Shown piece after piece: positions 26,401-34,835 of a stretch of DNA of 54,140 bases. The notes beneath the pieces were generated by a model, which had not been told where the DNA came from, did not search any database, and saw only the letters and a list, made by a program, of their open reading frames with translations. How positions within the stretch are numbered: the stretch's first letter is position 1; each line of letters begins with the position of its first letter. Where the stretch lies: positions 1-54,140 of IMG/VR virus record IMGVR_UViG_3300031954_000008; one strand, written 5' to 3'. This DNA is from a virus (taxonomy: Duplodnaviria > Caudoviricetes). A program made the position numbers and the translations under genes.

Positions 26401-28124
26401 ATCCTGCTGCTTCCGGCGCTTGGCAGCAGTTGTCTGGTAACTTCACAATACCCGCGTCGGGTGTGAATAATGTTCGTCTACAGCTATCTGTGCTTGCCGG
26501 TGCGACAGCAGGGACAACGTGGTGGGACGATGGCTCAATTACCAAGACGCAGTTGCTCTTTAAGCAATGGATGCAGGGTACGGGTGGCACATTAGTCAAC
26601 GAGCTAGCGACGATGGTCACAGACACTCAGTCGCGTTCGACTCAAGCTGACATGATGAGCTTGGTCAATAACCTTGGTATAGGCAGCTTTGCGAACGTCG
26701 GAGCAGCATTAACACCAATTACCAACAGGTTACAAGGTCTACCGGCTAACGGCACCGTGTTGGCGGGTTTCATCCCTAGCTTAGATGCTACTAAGATTGC
26801 CACTGGAATCCTTGGTACAGCTAGGATTCCACCAGTTACGCTGGCTATGGCGCCTGACCTTCAGACACTTAACGATAACGCAACCAACGCTCTTGTTGGC
26901 GCACAGACGTTGCTAACAGGAACTACGACTGCTCAAGCTAACCAGTCGATGCAGAGTATCTTCACAAACGTTCTTTACAATACACAAGCTCTCCAACAGC
27001 AGGCAGCTATCAACCAAGGTACTTCGGTATCTGGCGTCAGCATCACGGTTAACTTCGCAGCATATCCAGATGGCGCCATGCCATCGTTCTTCACCGTTAC
27101 CTACAATGGTCCAGGTACTTCACAGATCGGTATTAAGGGTGGGCTAGCTGGTTGGTTCCCGGCTAATAACGATGGTACCAGAACAGCTTTCGTTATCTAC
27201 AACGCTCAAGGCACTCTTACTGACTGGCAGAAGATTTCAGGATCAATGTCTGCGGCACCAGCTGGTGCGAACGCTGGTGGGCAACCGTACTTCTATGCTC
27301 TTGGTCGTGTTGATAGTGCGTCTAATCCGCGCAACTACGTCTTTGGTCGAGCATACTGTACCGGCTTCTTGACCTACAAAGCTGATGTCGGCTACTGCGT
27401 GGCGGGCACAGAGACAGTTTGGGCTACTGGTATAGCATTGACGTGGTCAACTGCCATGATGGTTGTTATTGGCGCTAACGGCAATAACCGTACATTCCAA
27501 GTGTTTTCAGGCACACAACTGGTTTGGTCAGGAACGGAACCTGGAACAAACAGTTTAATTGGTTCAGGCTATAGGCTGTTTGGAGCGAAGAACACTATCT
27601 GTCAAGGTTCGGGTGGATCATCAACAGCTGGTACACTTTCTGGAACATCGGTTGCAGATAACGCTCCGCCAGCTGTTCTTGGCTCAACTTTCCGTGCTCA
27701 TCGTGCATCGACTACAGCATATACTGCACCGTCTGGTGGCCTAACTGCTTTGCCTGCTGGCTTCTTTGACACTCAAGACTGGATATCACCAGACTTAAAT
27801 TGGGATGGCCAAAACTTGAAGTTTACCGTTGAAGGAACTTATCTAGTCAACCTTCGTGCTGCCGTAAATAACATCCCTCGTGGTGTGTGGGCAGATTTAG
27901 GCATAGTGGGCAGTTCGATTCGAGTGGTTGGCGGTTCATTCGCTGATACAGGTACTAGTGCTCAGTCTAACAACGGTGTTTATGGTTCAACATTGATCTA
28001 TGCCCATAATGGCGATTCCATACAGCCAGCAACATATGCTAGTGCCGCTTTCTCAATCGTAGGTGAGCCTGGTGGTTCACAAACCTATATGGAAGTTACT
28101 TTGGTCAACAGGAGTGTCGCATGA
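23427..28124 (+). CDS. Large minor tail protein (fibre/receptor-binding) with repeats and two carbohydrate-binding-like domains
   Basis: About 1565 aa; IPxLDASKIxSGxF repeats; two CBM4/9-like segments (N.x.DPSFE...HSGTKSL...YLDD and NLLPNP...WWDD). Confidence 0.85.
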   Translation: MSIDRAFGYQSPETRALSAIDSTKYPDTNKDFEANIVRLNQFVDYIASYIGQMQKGIDQSNQDAIGQLQGTISDIIVLLGGGELLYGIDLGDLQYFLPAIGALLGFDTTTPFPINLFNAAEHFFLGYVVPLDSFGSVIEGIIDGWATALGIDPEWIQSVNDLLDAISGLAMSFEDLLTAVEDMIQIMGPFDQVFADIWHSVTVLLGGMDITTLGNLIDPVFKTTAPWIEELAQILNGLTAIIESFAGGVNDINGILNFASLFGNLNFVPSGTFDPIATISDWFTGTVSQTNVVALLSSDLTGGSGMGVTGVIPLENLAMDVISGIVGGTQVVWDAILASVGVPAGSGTQAQTTTYFTNLLSMFSNPALLATPFDPVTYVEDFITSLVQPTNLLAPMNPTTQLLSPVNIPGLDASKITSGQFLSSYLPIFQVFYKAGYNWVFDPSFEQNLNWPGAVGVLSTDVAHSGTKSLKVTATGTTQTMHMLRSDMGPQTLVVQPNYVFKQTAWIYPKVGNVGGGHIKLVMHCTDSKGVATPTDVIAQELAMPATGAWQQLGATVTVPTGFDTVDFLAVIESDIPANDVVYLDDLEVLDTNQSQSVYNQILQSVGVPPGVGTGAIAGQYFTDLMSMLGNPNVSQGGFSPTTAVTNFINTMINPTSLLAPMSPVTKLIPAINIPGLDASKITSGQFAQSMVNITSIAASIITGVLGAAQIPGLDASKITTGQFAQSMVNLTNIPASIVTGVLGATQIPGLDASKIISGQFAQSMVTNLTTDLANRVLTTTYNTLLNQLYGGTTVLSSILAGNVPALDASKITTGQFAQSMVNITNIPASIVTGALNAAQIPSLDASKIISGVFTVPLIPPLDASQIQSGMFGQWVLPNIPLGSIGQITPNLLPNPNYASAASVATNPDWTWTSGVDHTGDGSGSVSTSCTGALKNLLSDPPTPVAPNQTLALSHYLQWSGVTGSGNCFQLSVLAYNGPNLVSTNVLQTISNPAASGAWQQLSGNFTIPASGVNNVRLQLSVLAGATAGTTWWDDGSITKTQLLFKQWMQGTGGTLVNELATMVTDTQSRSTQADMMSLVNNLGIGSFANVGAALTPITNRLQGLPANGTVLAGFIPSLDATKIATGILGTARIPPVTLAMAPDLQTLNDNATNALVGAQTLLTGTTTAQANQSMQSIFTNVLYNTQALQQQAAINQGTSVSGVSITVNFAAYPDGAMPSFFTVTYNGPGTSQIGIKGGLAGWFPANNDGTRTAFVIYNAQGTLTDWQKISGSMSAAPAGANAGGQPYFYALGRVDSASNPRNYVFGRAYCTGFLTYKADVGYCVAGTETVWATGIALTWSTAMMVVIGANGNNRTFQVFSGTQLVWSGTEPGTNSLIGSGYRLFGAKNTICQGSGGSSTAGTLSGTSVADNAPPAVLGSTFRAHRASTTAYTAPSGGLTALPAGFFDTQDWISPDLNWDGQNLKFTVEGTYLVNLRAAVNNIPRGVWADLGIVGSSIRVVGGSFADTGTSAQSNNGVYGSTLIYAHNGDSIQPATYASAAFSIVGEPGGSQTYMEVTLVNRSVA
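25446..26045 (+). repeat. Tandem 37-aa (111-nt) protein repeats IPGLDASKITSGQFAQSMVN...
   Basis: Copies near 25446, 25557, 25668, 25836, 25947 and 26001; further copies near 24648 and 26772; third codon positions have diverged. Confidence 0.85.
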
Positions 28125-28411
28125 TCGAAATACCGCAAGAACTAAAGGTACTGGAACGTATAGCACATGTAGCTAGCGAGCCTGATGCTGAAAAGCCATA
28201 TGGCCCTGGCGATGTGGCTGCTATCCTTGCAGCCTATGTCAACGTCATGGAAGGTGACCCAGTCGGTACGCTACTGAAGCGACCAACTGACGGCGCCATA
28301 GCTGTACGTGCTGTCGTTGATGGACTTCATATCTGGCGATGCTCGGCTCCAGATGGCAATCAATGGAACGATTTACAGCCAACGCTTGAAGGCTGGGTAA
28401 AGGTCGAATAG
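28121..28411 (+). CDS. Small tail-region protein
   Basis: 96 aa, ATGA overlap; GDPVGT...AIAVR...W...GW. Confidence 0.7.
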   Translation: MIEIPQELKVLERIAHVASEPDAEKPYGPGDVAAILAAYVNVMEGDPVGTLLKRPTDGAIAVRAVVDGLHIWRCSAPDGNQWNDLQPTLEGWVKVE

Positions 28412-30223
28412 GTGGCATGGGCCGAATCTCCATCAACACCAGGGGCAGTCCCAGTCAAGGGCTGGGCTGTAACCCCATCTGCGCCAACAGTTCCGCCATT
28501 ACAGGGCTGGGTTATACCTCACTTTGCACTGTTCAGCGGCGACGGAACGCTAAGTGCGACAATCAAAGCCATAGCTCCGGTAACAGGGCAATTCTCAGGC
28601 GATGGTCAACTAGCAGCTACGGTAAGTCAAATATGCCCGCTAGCACCAGCATTCAGCAGCAATGGCGCGCTATCGGCTTACATACAGCCAAAGATAGCAG
28701 CGAACTTTGGCAGCGTAGGCACCCTCAGCGCAGACGTAATCAAGAACGCAATCGTGTTGCCTGCCAACTTCTCTGGCGATGGTGCGTTATCGGCAACACT
28801 AGTCCCGCAGTTGCAGGCCGCATTCTCTGGCGCGGGATCGTTAGCGGCTACGATGACTGTGAAGTCGAACGCGGCGATGTCTACGCTGACGGACAACTTC
28901 GCAACCAAAGACACGGTGAAGTGGAACTGGACCTCAGGCTGTTCAGTAGTCAACGGCCAGTACCTGAAGATCATTCCAGGTATCAACGCCAACCAAGCGA
29001 TAACCAGCAACGGTTACTTCAACTTACAGAACAGTTCTGCCGAAGTGTGCTGTATTCAAACCGCCGAGCAGGGCGGTGGTACGCCAGGCAACAACGTCAC
29101 TCAGATGCTTGTCTTGGACCTGGCGGGTTATGGGTATTCGATTTGGGAGTACAACAACGCAACTCTCTACTTACGCAAGACAACTGCTGCCGGTGGGATC
29201 AACGACGTAACTGTAGCATGGAACGCCAATATGAAGTTTTGGCGTATCCGCGAAGCGTCTGGAACGATTTATTGGGAAACATCACCAGACTGCAATACCT
29301 GGACTGTCCAACGATCCGAAGCAACGGACACCACTATTGGGCTTGGAGCTATGCAAGCTCAATTACTTGGCTACAACAGTGGTTCCGGCGCTCCTGGTGT
29401 AATCCTATTCAGCAACTTCAACGTTCCGAAACTAACTGCGTTCCTCACAGCGAACTTCAGCGGTGGTGGTACGCTAGCATCTATCGTCTTTACGCCGTTC
29501 AACGAGACCAACACGGCCCGTTCCAATCAGCCTATCCCGGCAGGTTGTACTGGTTGCTATGTCACCCTAGTTGGGGCCGGTGGTGCCGGTGGTCCCGGTC
29601 CTGGTAGCGGTGGTGGTGGTGGTGCCGGTATAGCACGTACATTCATACCAGTAGCTAACCTTGGCTCTACATATTCAGTGACTGTAGGTGCCGCCAATAG
29701 TGGTGCGTCCGTGTTTAGTTCAGGCTCTATTTCTTGGACAGCAGGCGGTGGTGGCGGGGGAGGTTCCGGTGGCGGTGGTGCCGCCGGTGGTACCCCTTCA
29801 GCCAGCGGGCCTGTTCTTCCGTCAGCGACATACAACGGCGGCGTGGGCGGGACCGTTCCTGGTGGTGTGTCTGTTCCCGGTCAACCTCCTGCGGCGAGTG
29901 GGAATGCTGCTGGTGGTGGTGGCGCTGGTGCAAAGGAAGCGGCATTCCAGCAGACATCAGGTGGTTATGGTGGTAACTCAGCCACGGTAGGCGGTGGCGC
30001 AGGTGGTGGTTCTGGAGGTGGTGCCGGAACGGGCGGTGGCTCCGGTAACCCAGGCGGTGGTGGAGGCGGCGGTGGTGGATCATCGCAGGCACTCGTCTAT
30101 GGTGGTACTGGTGGCGCTGGCGGCCTCTACGGTGGTGGCGGTGGCGGTGGCGGGATGGGACCGACTAACAACGGTTCTGGGAACAATGGTGCGCAGGGTT
30201 ATACGCTGATCGAATGGAATTAG
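28412..30223 (+). CDS. Glycine-rich minor tail protein
   Basis: FSGDGxLSA repeats, a central lectin-like segment and a Gly-rich C-terminus ending IEW, typical of mycobacteriophage tail proteins. Confidence 0.82.
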   Translation: MAWAESPSTPGAVPVKGWAVTPSAPTVPPLQGWVIPHFALFSGDGTLSATIKAIAPVTGQFSGDGQLAATVSQICPLAPAFSSNGALSAYIQPKIAANFGSVGTLSADVIKNAIVLPANFSGDGALSATLVPQLQAAFSGAGSLAATMTVKSNAAMSTLTDNFATKDTVKWNWTSGCSVVNGQYLKIIPGINANQAITSNGYFNLQNSSAEVCCIQTAEQGGGTPGNNVTQMLVLDLAGYGYSIWEYNNATLYLRKTTAAGGINDVTVAWNANMKFWRIREASGTIYWETSPDCNTWTVQRSEATDTTIGLGAMQAQLLGYNSGSGAPGVILFSNFNVPKLTAFLTANFSGGGTLASIVFTPFNETNTARSNQPIPAGCTGCYVTLVGAGGAGGPGPGSGGGGGAGIARTFIPVANLGSTYSVTVGAANSGASVFSSGSISWTAGGGGGGGSGGGGAAGGTPSASGPVLPSATYNGGVGGTVPGGVSVPGQPPAASGNAAGGGGAGAKEAAFQQTSGGYGGNSATVGGGAGGGSGGGAGTGGGSGNPGGGGGGGGGSSQALVYGGTGGAGGLYGGGGGGGGMGPTNNGSGNNGAQGYTLIEWN

Positions 30224-30232
30224 GGAGAGGAA

Positions 30233-30445
30233 ATGGCCGCAGTAGAGACAGTACGATTTGAATTTTCATATAAGGATATTGCTACTGGAAATTATACTGG
30301 ATTTGCATTAGTTGTTGCAGAAGATGTTGCAATGGGTATCCAAGTAGGGCTAGAAGATGTACCTTCAATTACAGAAGTTACTGTTCACCAAGTGGTTGAA
30401 CTCCGCGAAGAAGTAAACTCACCACTAAGAAAGAAAGGCAATTAA
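30233..30445 (+). CDS. Hypothetical protein (AT-rich)
   Basis: 70 aa; SD GGAGAGG. Confidence 0.6.
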   Translation: MAAVETVRFEFSYKDIATGNYTGFALVVAEDVAMGIQVGLEDVPSITEVTVHQVVELREEVNSPLRKKGN

Positions 30446-30790
30446 ATGGCAATTGCAGTAGCTAGTTCGCGACAAACTGTCGCGAATGCCTATGCGGGTC
30501 TTGGGACGTATATTGGTGTAGCAACTGGTGACCCAGGCACAACCAACACTCCAGCAAATGAGACTAGCGGCTCTGGTTATACCAGGGTAGCGACTACCTG
30601 GACGCCCGGAAGCACAGGGACAGAAGCCGGTTCACCATGCACCATTAACGTACCAGCCGGCACGTTCACTTATGTTCTACTAGCGAGTGGCGTTAGCGGA
30701 AACAACATGGTAGACAAGACAGCTGTGTCTTCGACCACGATGTCATCTCCCGGTCAGCTAGTCGTTACGCCTAACTACACGCAGACGTAA
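30446..30790 (+). CDS. Minor tail protein
   Basis: TGDPGT...ANE.SG.GY.R...W motif common in actinophage tail proteins. Confidence 0.72.
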   Translation: MAIAVASSRQTVANAYAGLGTYIGVATGDPGTTNTPANETSGSGYTRVATTWTPGSTGTEAGSPCTINVPAGTFTYVLLASGVSGNNMVDKTAVSSTTMSSPGQLVVTPNYTQT

Positions 30791-30799
30791 AGTAAGGCT

Positions 30800-31150
30800 A
30801 TGACTGAGGTTAACGCCGTTGGCGAGGGAACTTTAGAGGCTATTGTCTGGCCGGCATATGCAGGAGCGGTCTTGGAGAACGGCGATGAGCCGATGTTTGA
30901 CTTCGACTATCAGCGTGGCCAAATCCATTGGGACATAGTCGATGGCAAGATCGTTGGCCATACTGAGATCAAGGTTCCTAAAGGTAGATGGCCACATATC
31001 ATCTACTGCCGCAATCAATTTCGGCCTGGCTTTGTCGTAGCCGCAAAGATGGAACATCCTATAGTCACAGATGGCCCAGACATCATCAAACTATTTGGGA
31101 TTACAGAAGAAGATGTGGTATTCAACCCGCACACAACTTTGAAGGATTAG
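30800..31150 (+). CDS. Tail-region protein
   Basis: 116 aa; GDEP...DYQRGQI.W. Confidence 0.62.
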   Translation: MTEVNAVGEGTLEAIVWPAYAGAVLENGDEPMFDFDYQRGQIHWDIVDGKIVGHTEIKVPKGRWPHIIYCRNQFRPGFVVAAKMEHPIVTDGPDIIKLFGITEEDVVFNPHTTLKD

Positions 31151-31158
31151 GAGATAAA

Positions 31159-31380
31159 ATGGCAGAGACACCGGCCAACTACCTGCCTGGGTCAGTCAAG
31201 CAAGATCCAGACACGCTAGCCGTAGCCGTACGCACAAACGTTCCTGAAGACCCATATGTCGGCCACGCCTGGGCCGTCATGACTATTGACCGTGGTGGGC
31301 ATTACGCTGCGTGGGACGATGTATCAGGATGGACAGACCTCGTTATTCAAACAGTAAGGGAGACAGAGGATGCAACCTAA
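31159..31380 (+). CDS. Small tail-region protein
   Basis: SD AGGAG before ATG 31159; resembles 28121..28411. Confidence 0.65.
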   Translation: MAETPANYLPGSVKQDPDTLAVAVRTNVPEDPYVGHAWAVMTIDRGGHYAAWDDVSGWTDLVIQTVRETEDAT

Positions 31381-31597
31381 CGGGCAAATGGCAGTCATGG
31401 ACGTCGAAAGTCCTGAATACAAATTAGACTGCTGCATATGGCTTTTGGAGGAAGAACGTCAGCGCACGATACGGCTAGCCCAAGTCGTAGCATCATTGCT
31501 CGTACAAACGCAGCAGCCACAACTTACGCAGGAAGTAATGATGCAGTTACTGAACGGCGGTACGGTGATTCAAGGTGCGCCACCTGTACTTCCGTAA
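31370..31597 (+). CDS. Hypothetical protein
   Basis: 75 aa, overlaps the upstream gene, SD present. Confidence 0.6.
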   Translation: MQPNGQMAVMDVESPEYKLDCCIWLLEEERQRTIRLAQVVASLLVQTQQPQLTQEVMMQLLNGGTVIQGAPPVLP

Positions 31598-31620
31598 CCG
31601 ATAAGAGTTAGGATAGGACC

Positions 31621-31875
31621 GTGAACGATCAGCCACCAAAGAAGTGGCAGGCGTTGCTAGCCAAATATTGGGGCGCTATCGTTGCAATCGGTGGCTTCTT
31701 GCTGATCACGCTCAATGTGCTTGTCGGCCTTAACTTCTGGAGCGAGCGAGCAATTGACTGGATCAACACATCCATCGCCGCTCTTGTGGCTCTTGGTGTT
31801 TGGCTGAAGGCTCACCAAGGCAAGCTTGAGAAGCTCACTGGTATCGACGTTGATCAGGACGGTGTAGAAGGCTGA
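31621..31875 (+). CDS. Holin (two transmembrane segments, putative)
   Basis: AKYWGAIVA, two hydrophobic helices and a charged C-terminus; near the lysins. Confidence 0.7.
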   Translation: MNDQPPKKWQALLAKYWGAIVAIGGFLLITLNVLVGLNFWSERAIDWINTSIAALVALGVWLKAHQGKLEKLTGIDVDQDGVEG

Positions 31876-31881
31876 AAATTC

Positions 31882-32478
31882 ATGCAGCGGTATGTAATTG
31901 GCGGCTTGCTCATAGGCATTGCCCTTATGTGTAAGATGCCATGCGCTTACGCTGATCCTGTGCCGGCTCCAATTCCTGGTCCTGGTGGTGGAATTGATCC
32001 AGTAGGAGGGTCAGTTGGTATTGGTGCTCCTGGACTTGGCGGCGGTGGGCCTGGCTTGTCCCCTGCCGCCGCCACCATATTCCTCTGTCCAGGTCGTGGT
32101 GCAGCCGTAAGCGTTGTTGGTGGTGGTGGAGGGTATTGCGACTGGAACTTTCAAGTGGTACCTTTCGGCAACGGCCATTATGGTGTTATGCATGATCATT
32201 GCGAATGGGGTGGCTTCAATCCCCTTGTAGAGATGTGGAATTGCTGGCGGGTTTGGCCGGGCCAGCCTGATCACCCCGCGCTACCCGATCCAGATATCAT
32301 TCCAGATGGTTGGGGTGTGCCGTGGGCGATTCAAGGTCCAACCCCAAGCGACCAATGGCCTCCACCTGGCCTAGCGCCGTTTATTCCAGCACCGCCAGCA
32401 GAGCCAGTGGGTCCACCACCTGGACCACCGACAGCGGAACCGCCGCTTGGTTTGAGAGAACCGGAAGGAACACCATGA
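31882..32478 (+). CDS. Secreted Pro/Gly/Cys-rich protein
   Basis: N-terminal signal peptide with AYA|DP cleavage site; four Cys in the mature core; Pro-rich tail. Confidence 0.65.
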   Translation: MQRYVIGGLLIGIALMCKMPCAYADPVPAPIPGPGGGIDPVGGSVGIGAPGLGGGGPGLSPAAATIFLCPGRGAAVSVVGGGGGYCDWNFQVVPFGNGHYGVMHDHCEWGGFNPLVEMWNCWRVWPGQPDHPALPDPDIIPDGWGVPWAIQGPTPSDQWPPPGLAPFIPAPPAEPVGPPPGPPTAEPPLGLREPEGTP

Positions 32479-33224
32479 CTGAAATCATTCTACCATTTGA
32501 TCACGGTATCATACCGCAGGAAACTGGCTACTGGTGTGGGCCTGCGAGTGCCCAAGTGGCACTGAGTTGTCGGGGTATCTACGTCGAAGAATGGATACTA
32601 GCAGAGGAATGCGGTACCCACCAGGGCGGCACCGATTATGTTGGGCTGATTGAGAATTGCCTTAACGGTAGGCTGCCAGAACGTCCGTATGACTCTGTAT
32701 ATGCGGATAGCTACCCGGATGACCAAAAGAAGCAAAGGTTTTGGGAGCTAGGCATCGTTGGTTCTATCAATGCCGGCTACTCGCTTGTAACTAACTGGCA
32801 AGTTCCGCCCAACAACAATCCAGTAGGGATCAAGGGATCAGACTCACCAAACTACAGCGACTACAGCGACACCTACCACTACACAAGTGTTGTCGGATAT
32901 GACGATCAATATCCAGGTGGCGCCGTTTATGTTGCGGATTCTGGCTTTTGGCCTTGGGAATACTGGATTAGCTTCGATCAACTATGTACTCTCATACCAC
33001 CAAAAGGATTCTGTTACAGCACTATCAAAGGAGAAGCCGAAGTGCCCACACAAGAGGAATGGAACGATCTGGTACGCAAGGTTGATAACATCGAACGCCA
33101 GCTAGGCCCATGGCCGCAGCTTGGCCAGAACGCGGCTGGTGAAGACCTGACGCTGGTCGATGCTACAGCTTCAATCAAGAACACCGTTGAAGGTGGTGAG
33201 CCCCCTTTACAGAGCCGCCAATAA
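32475..33224 (+). CDS. lysA: Lysin A (C39-like cysteine peptidase domain plus conserved C-terminus)
   Basis: QETGYWCGPAS...HY...GYD...ADSG papain-like triad; C-terminal WPQLG...TLVDA motif of mycobacteriophage lysin A proteins. Confidence 0.8.
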   Translation: MTEIILPFDHGIIPQETGYWCGPASAQVALSCRGIYVEEWILAEECGTHQGGTDYVGLIENCLNGRLPERPYDSVYADSYPDDQKKQRFWELGIVGSINAGYSLVTNWQVPPNNNPVGIKGSDSPNYSDYSDTYHYTSVVGYDDQYPGGAVYVADSGFWPWEYWISFDQLCTLIPPKGFCYSTIKGEAEVPTQEEWNDLVRKVDNIERQLGPWPQLGQNAAGEDLTLVDATASIKNTVEGGEPPLQSRQ

Positions 33225-33238
33225 AGCCGACAGGACGG

Positions 33239-34159
33239 GTGGCAATCCTCACGTGCTCCGGTACTTGGGCCGCACCAGGTGTCGGCTACCCGAGCGACGT
33301 TGCCCGTGCCTGCGCTGATGTTGGCGACGAGATACCTGTACAGGCTCCGTGGAGCTTTGGGCCGATACCGCCTGGCGACTTCCGAGCGCCGAGCTATGCG
33401 GAATCTGTTGAGATAGGTGTTGATTGGGCCGTAGAGTGGATCATGGCTCATGAGGATAGGCCTGTGGTGTTGGGCGGGTATAGCCAAGGTGGCGAGTGCG
33501 CTAGCCGGATACGCATGGAATTTGAGCCTGGTGGCCGACTTGCGTATCTGAGGTCAAATTACGTGTGCGGCTACGCTTTTGGTAACCCTAGCCGTCACGA
33601 GCACAGCACCTATTTCGGTGGGCCACCCACGCCAGTTGAAGGCATAGCTGAGTTCCGCTTGCCTCAGATGGATTGGGACTGGTGCGAACTGATCGAACCA
33701 GGCGACTTATACGGCACCAGCGCTCGTGGGCTTACCGGCGAGATTCAACGCGACGTTTACACGCTGTGCACAGAGATGGAAATGCATAGTGGTGCGGTTG
33801 AGTTCGCCCGCACGTTTGCGGGCAATTGTGTTGAGGTAGCTCAGAATTTGGATGGGAATGCTTGGGATGATATTGAATCTCAAGTAGTCGCCAAAACAGG
33901 CAACGATCCTGGTTCAGCAGAGTTGTCAGAGGCAGAGATATTACAAATACAACCATTGACTGATCGACTGATCACGGTGAGAGGTATTTCAGCAGCTATA
34001 GCGGCAGCCGTCGATGCGTTGATATTCTTCTGTTCACCGCCGTTCCCGACAGCGCCGCATTGTGAATACCATGTGCGAGAAGTGTGGCCTGGCATGACTT
34101 ACGTCGGACTAGGAATACAGCACGTCCACGATTGGGTAAGAGCCTACCAAGGAGCATGA
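33239..34159 (+). CDS. lysB: Lysin B (cutinase-like serine esterase)
   Basis: GYSQG nucleophile elbow, FGNP.R, GDLY and a C-terminal His; follows lysin A. Confidence 0.85.
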   Translation: MAILTCSGTWAAPGVGYPSDVARACADVGDEIPVQAPWSFGPIPPGDFRAPSYAESVEIGVDWAVEWIMAHEDRPVVLGGYSQGGECASRIRMEFEPGGRLAYLRSNYVCGYAFGNPSRHEHSTYFGGPPTPVEGIAEFRLPQMDWDWCELIEPGDLYGTSARGLTGEIQRDVYTLCTEMEMHSGAVEFARTFAGNCVEVAQNLDGNAWDDIESQVVAKTGNDPGSAELSEAEILQIQPLTDRLITVRGISAAIAAAVDALIFFCSPPFPTAPHCEYHVREVWPGMTYVGLGIQHVHDWVRAYQGA

Positions 34160-34602
34160 TGGCACCGACCAGACACCCACTGATAGACCTCGTTTATAAC
34201 AACGAGACAGGCCGCTACATAGGCATGCTTGAACGCAAGCTCGTGGTCATGACGCTTGAGAACCTCAAGATGCGGGCGTTGCTTGAACTGCTTACTGGAG
34301 ATATGTGGGACGACAACAAGTTTGAAGCAGAGGACAAAGAGATATTCGACTTGGCTGTTGAAACACTTGAGAAGCGGCTACAGCTATCCCACAACGATGC
34401 AGTGAATTTGGTGAACGAGCGCTGGGAAGCGACCAACCCGCCCACAGACGAAGATGTCAGCACGTGGCTAATCGGTCAGCCGAAGAAGCCACCAAGAGTC
34501 ATCACGCACTCGCGGCCGATCAGCAACCCACCAGGCGTAGACATGAAGAAGCATCTAGCGGGTATCAAGCAGAGCCGCGATCACATGCGCGATCAGCTGT
34601 AG
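34156..34602 (+). CDS. Hypothetical protein
   Basis: SD AAGGAG, ATGA overlap, 148 aa. Confidence 0.65.
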   Translation: MMAPTRHPLIDLVYNNETGRYIGMLERKLVVMTLENLKMRALLELLTGDMWDDNKFEAEDKEIFDLAVETLEKRLQLSHNDAVNLVNERWEATNPPTDEDVSTWLIGQPKKPPRVITHSRPISNPPGVDMKKHLAGIKQSRDHMRDQL

Positions 34603-34835
34603 TCTTTCGGGTCCAGTCCACGTATGCGGTCCAGCTTAAAGCCGGACCACTTCTGGTCACCGGCCACGACGTAGGGCATTTGTGAAATCCCTTGTTCCCG
34701 AAGCTGTTCGGCGAACACAGGGTGCTCAACCACGTCAATCTCGTTGAACGGCAATGATCTTCGCGCCAACCACTTCTTCGTGTACTCGCACTGCACGCAA
34801 TCCGGCTTGGTGTAGACCGTTATTTGCTTAGGCAA
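34593..34835 (-). CDS. nrdH: NrdH-like glutaredoxin
   Basis: ITVYTKPDCVQC...MPYV...WSGF signature; SD GGAG on the minus strand. Confidence 0.9.
   Translation of the reverse strand: MPKQITVYTKPDCVQCEYTKKWLARRSLPFNEIDVVEHPVFAEQLREQGISQMPYVVAGDQKWSGFKLDRIRGLDPKDYS

Noticed and set aside
28417-29607. 396-aa alternative-frame ORF overlapping the Gly-rich tail gene
   Set aside because: Its R/Q/W-rich composition is what a shadow frame of a biased gene produces; no motifs.
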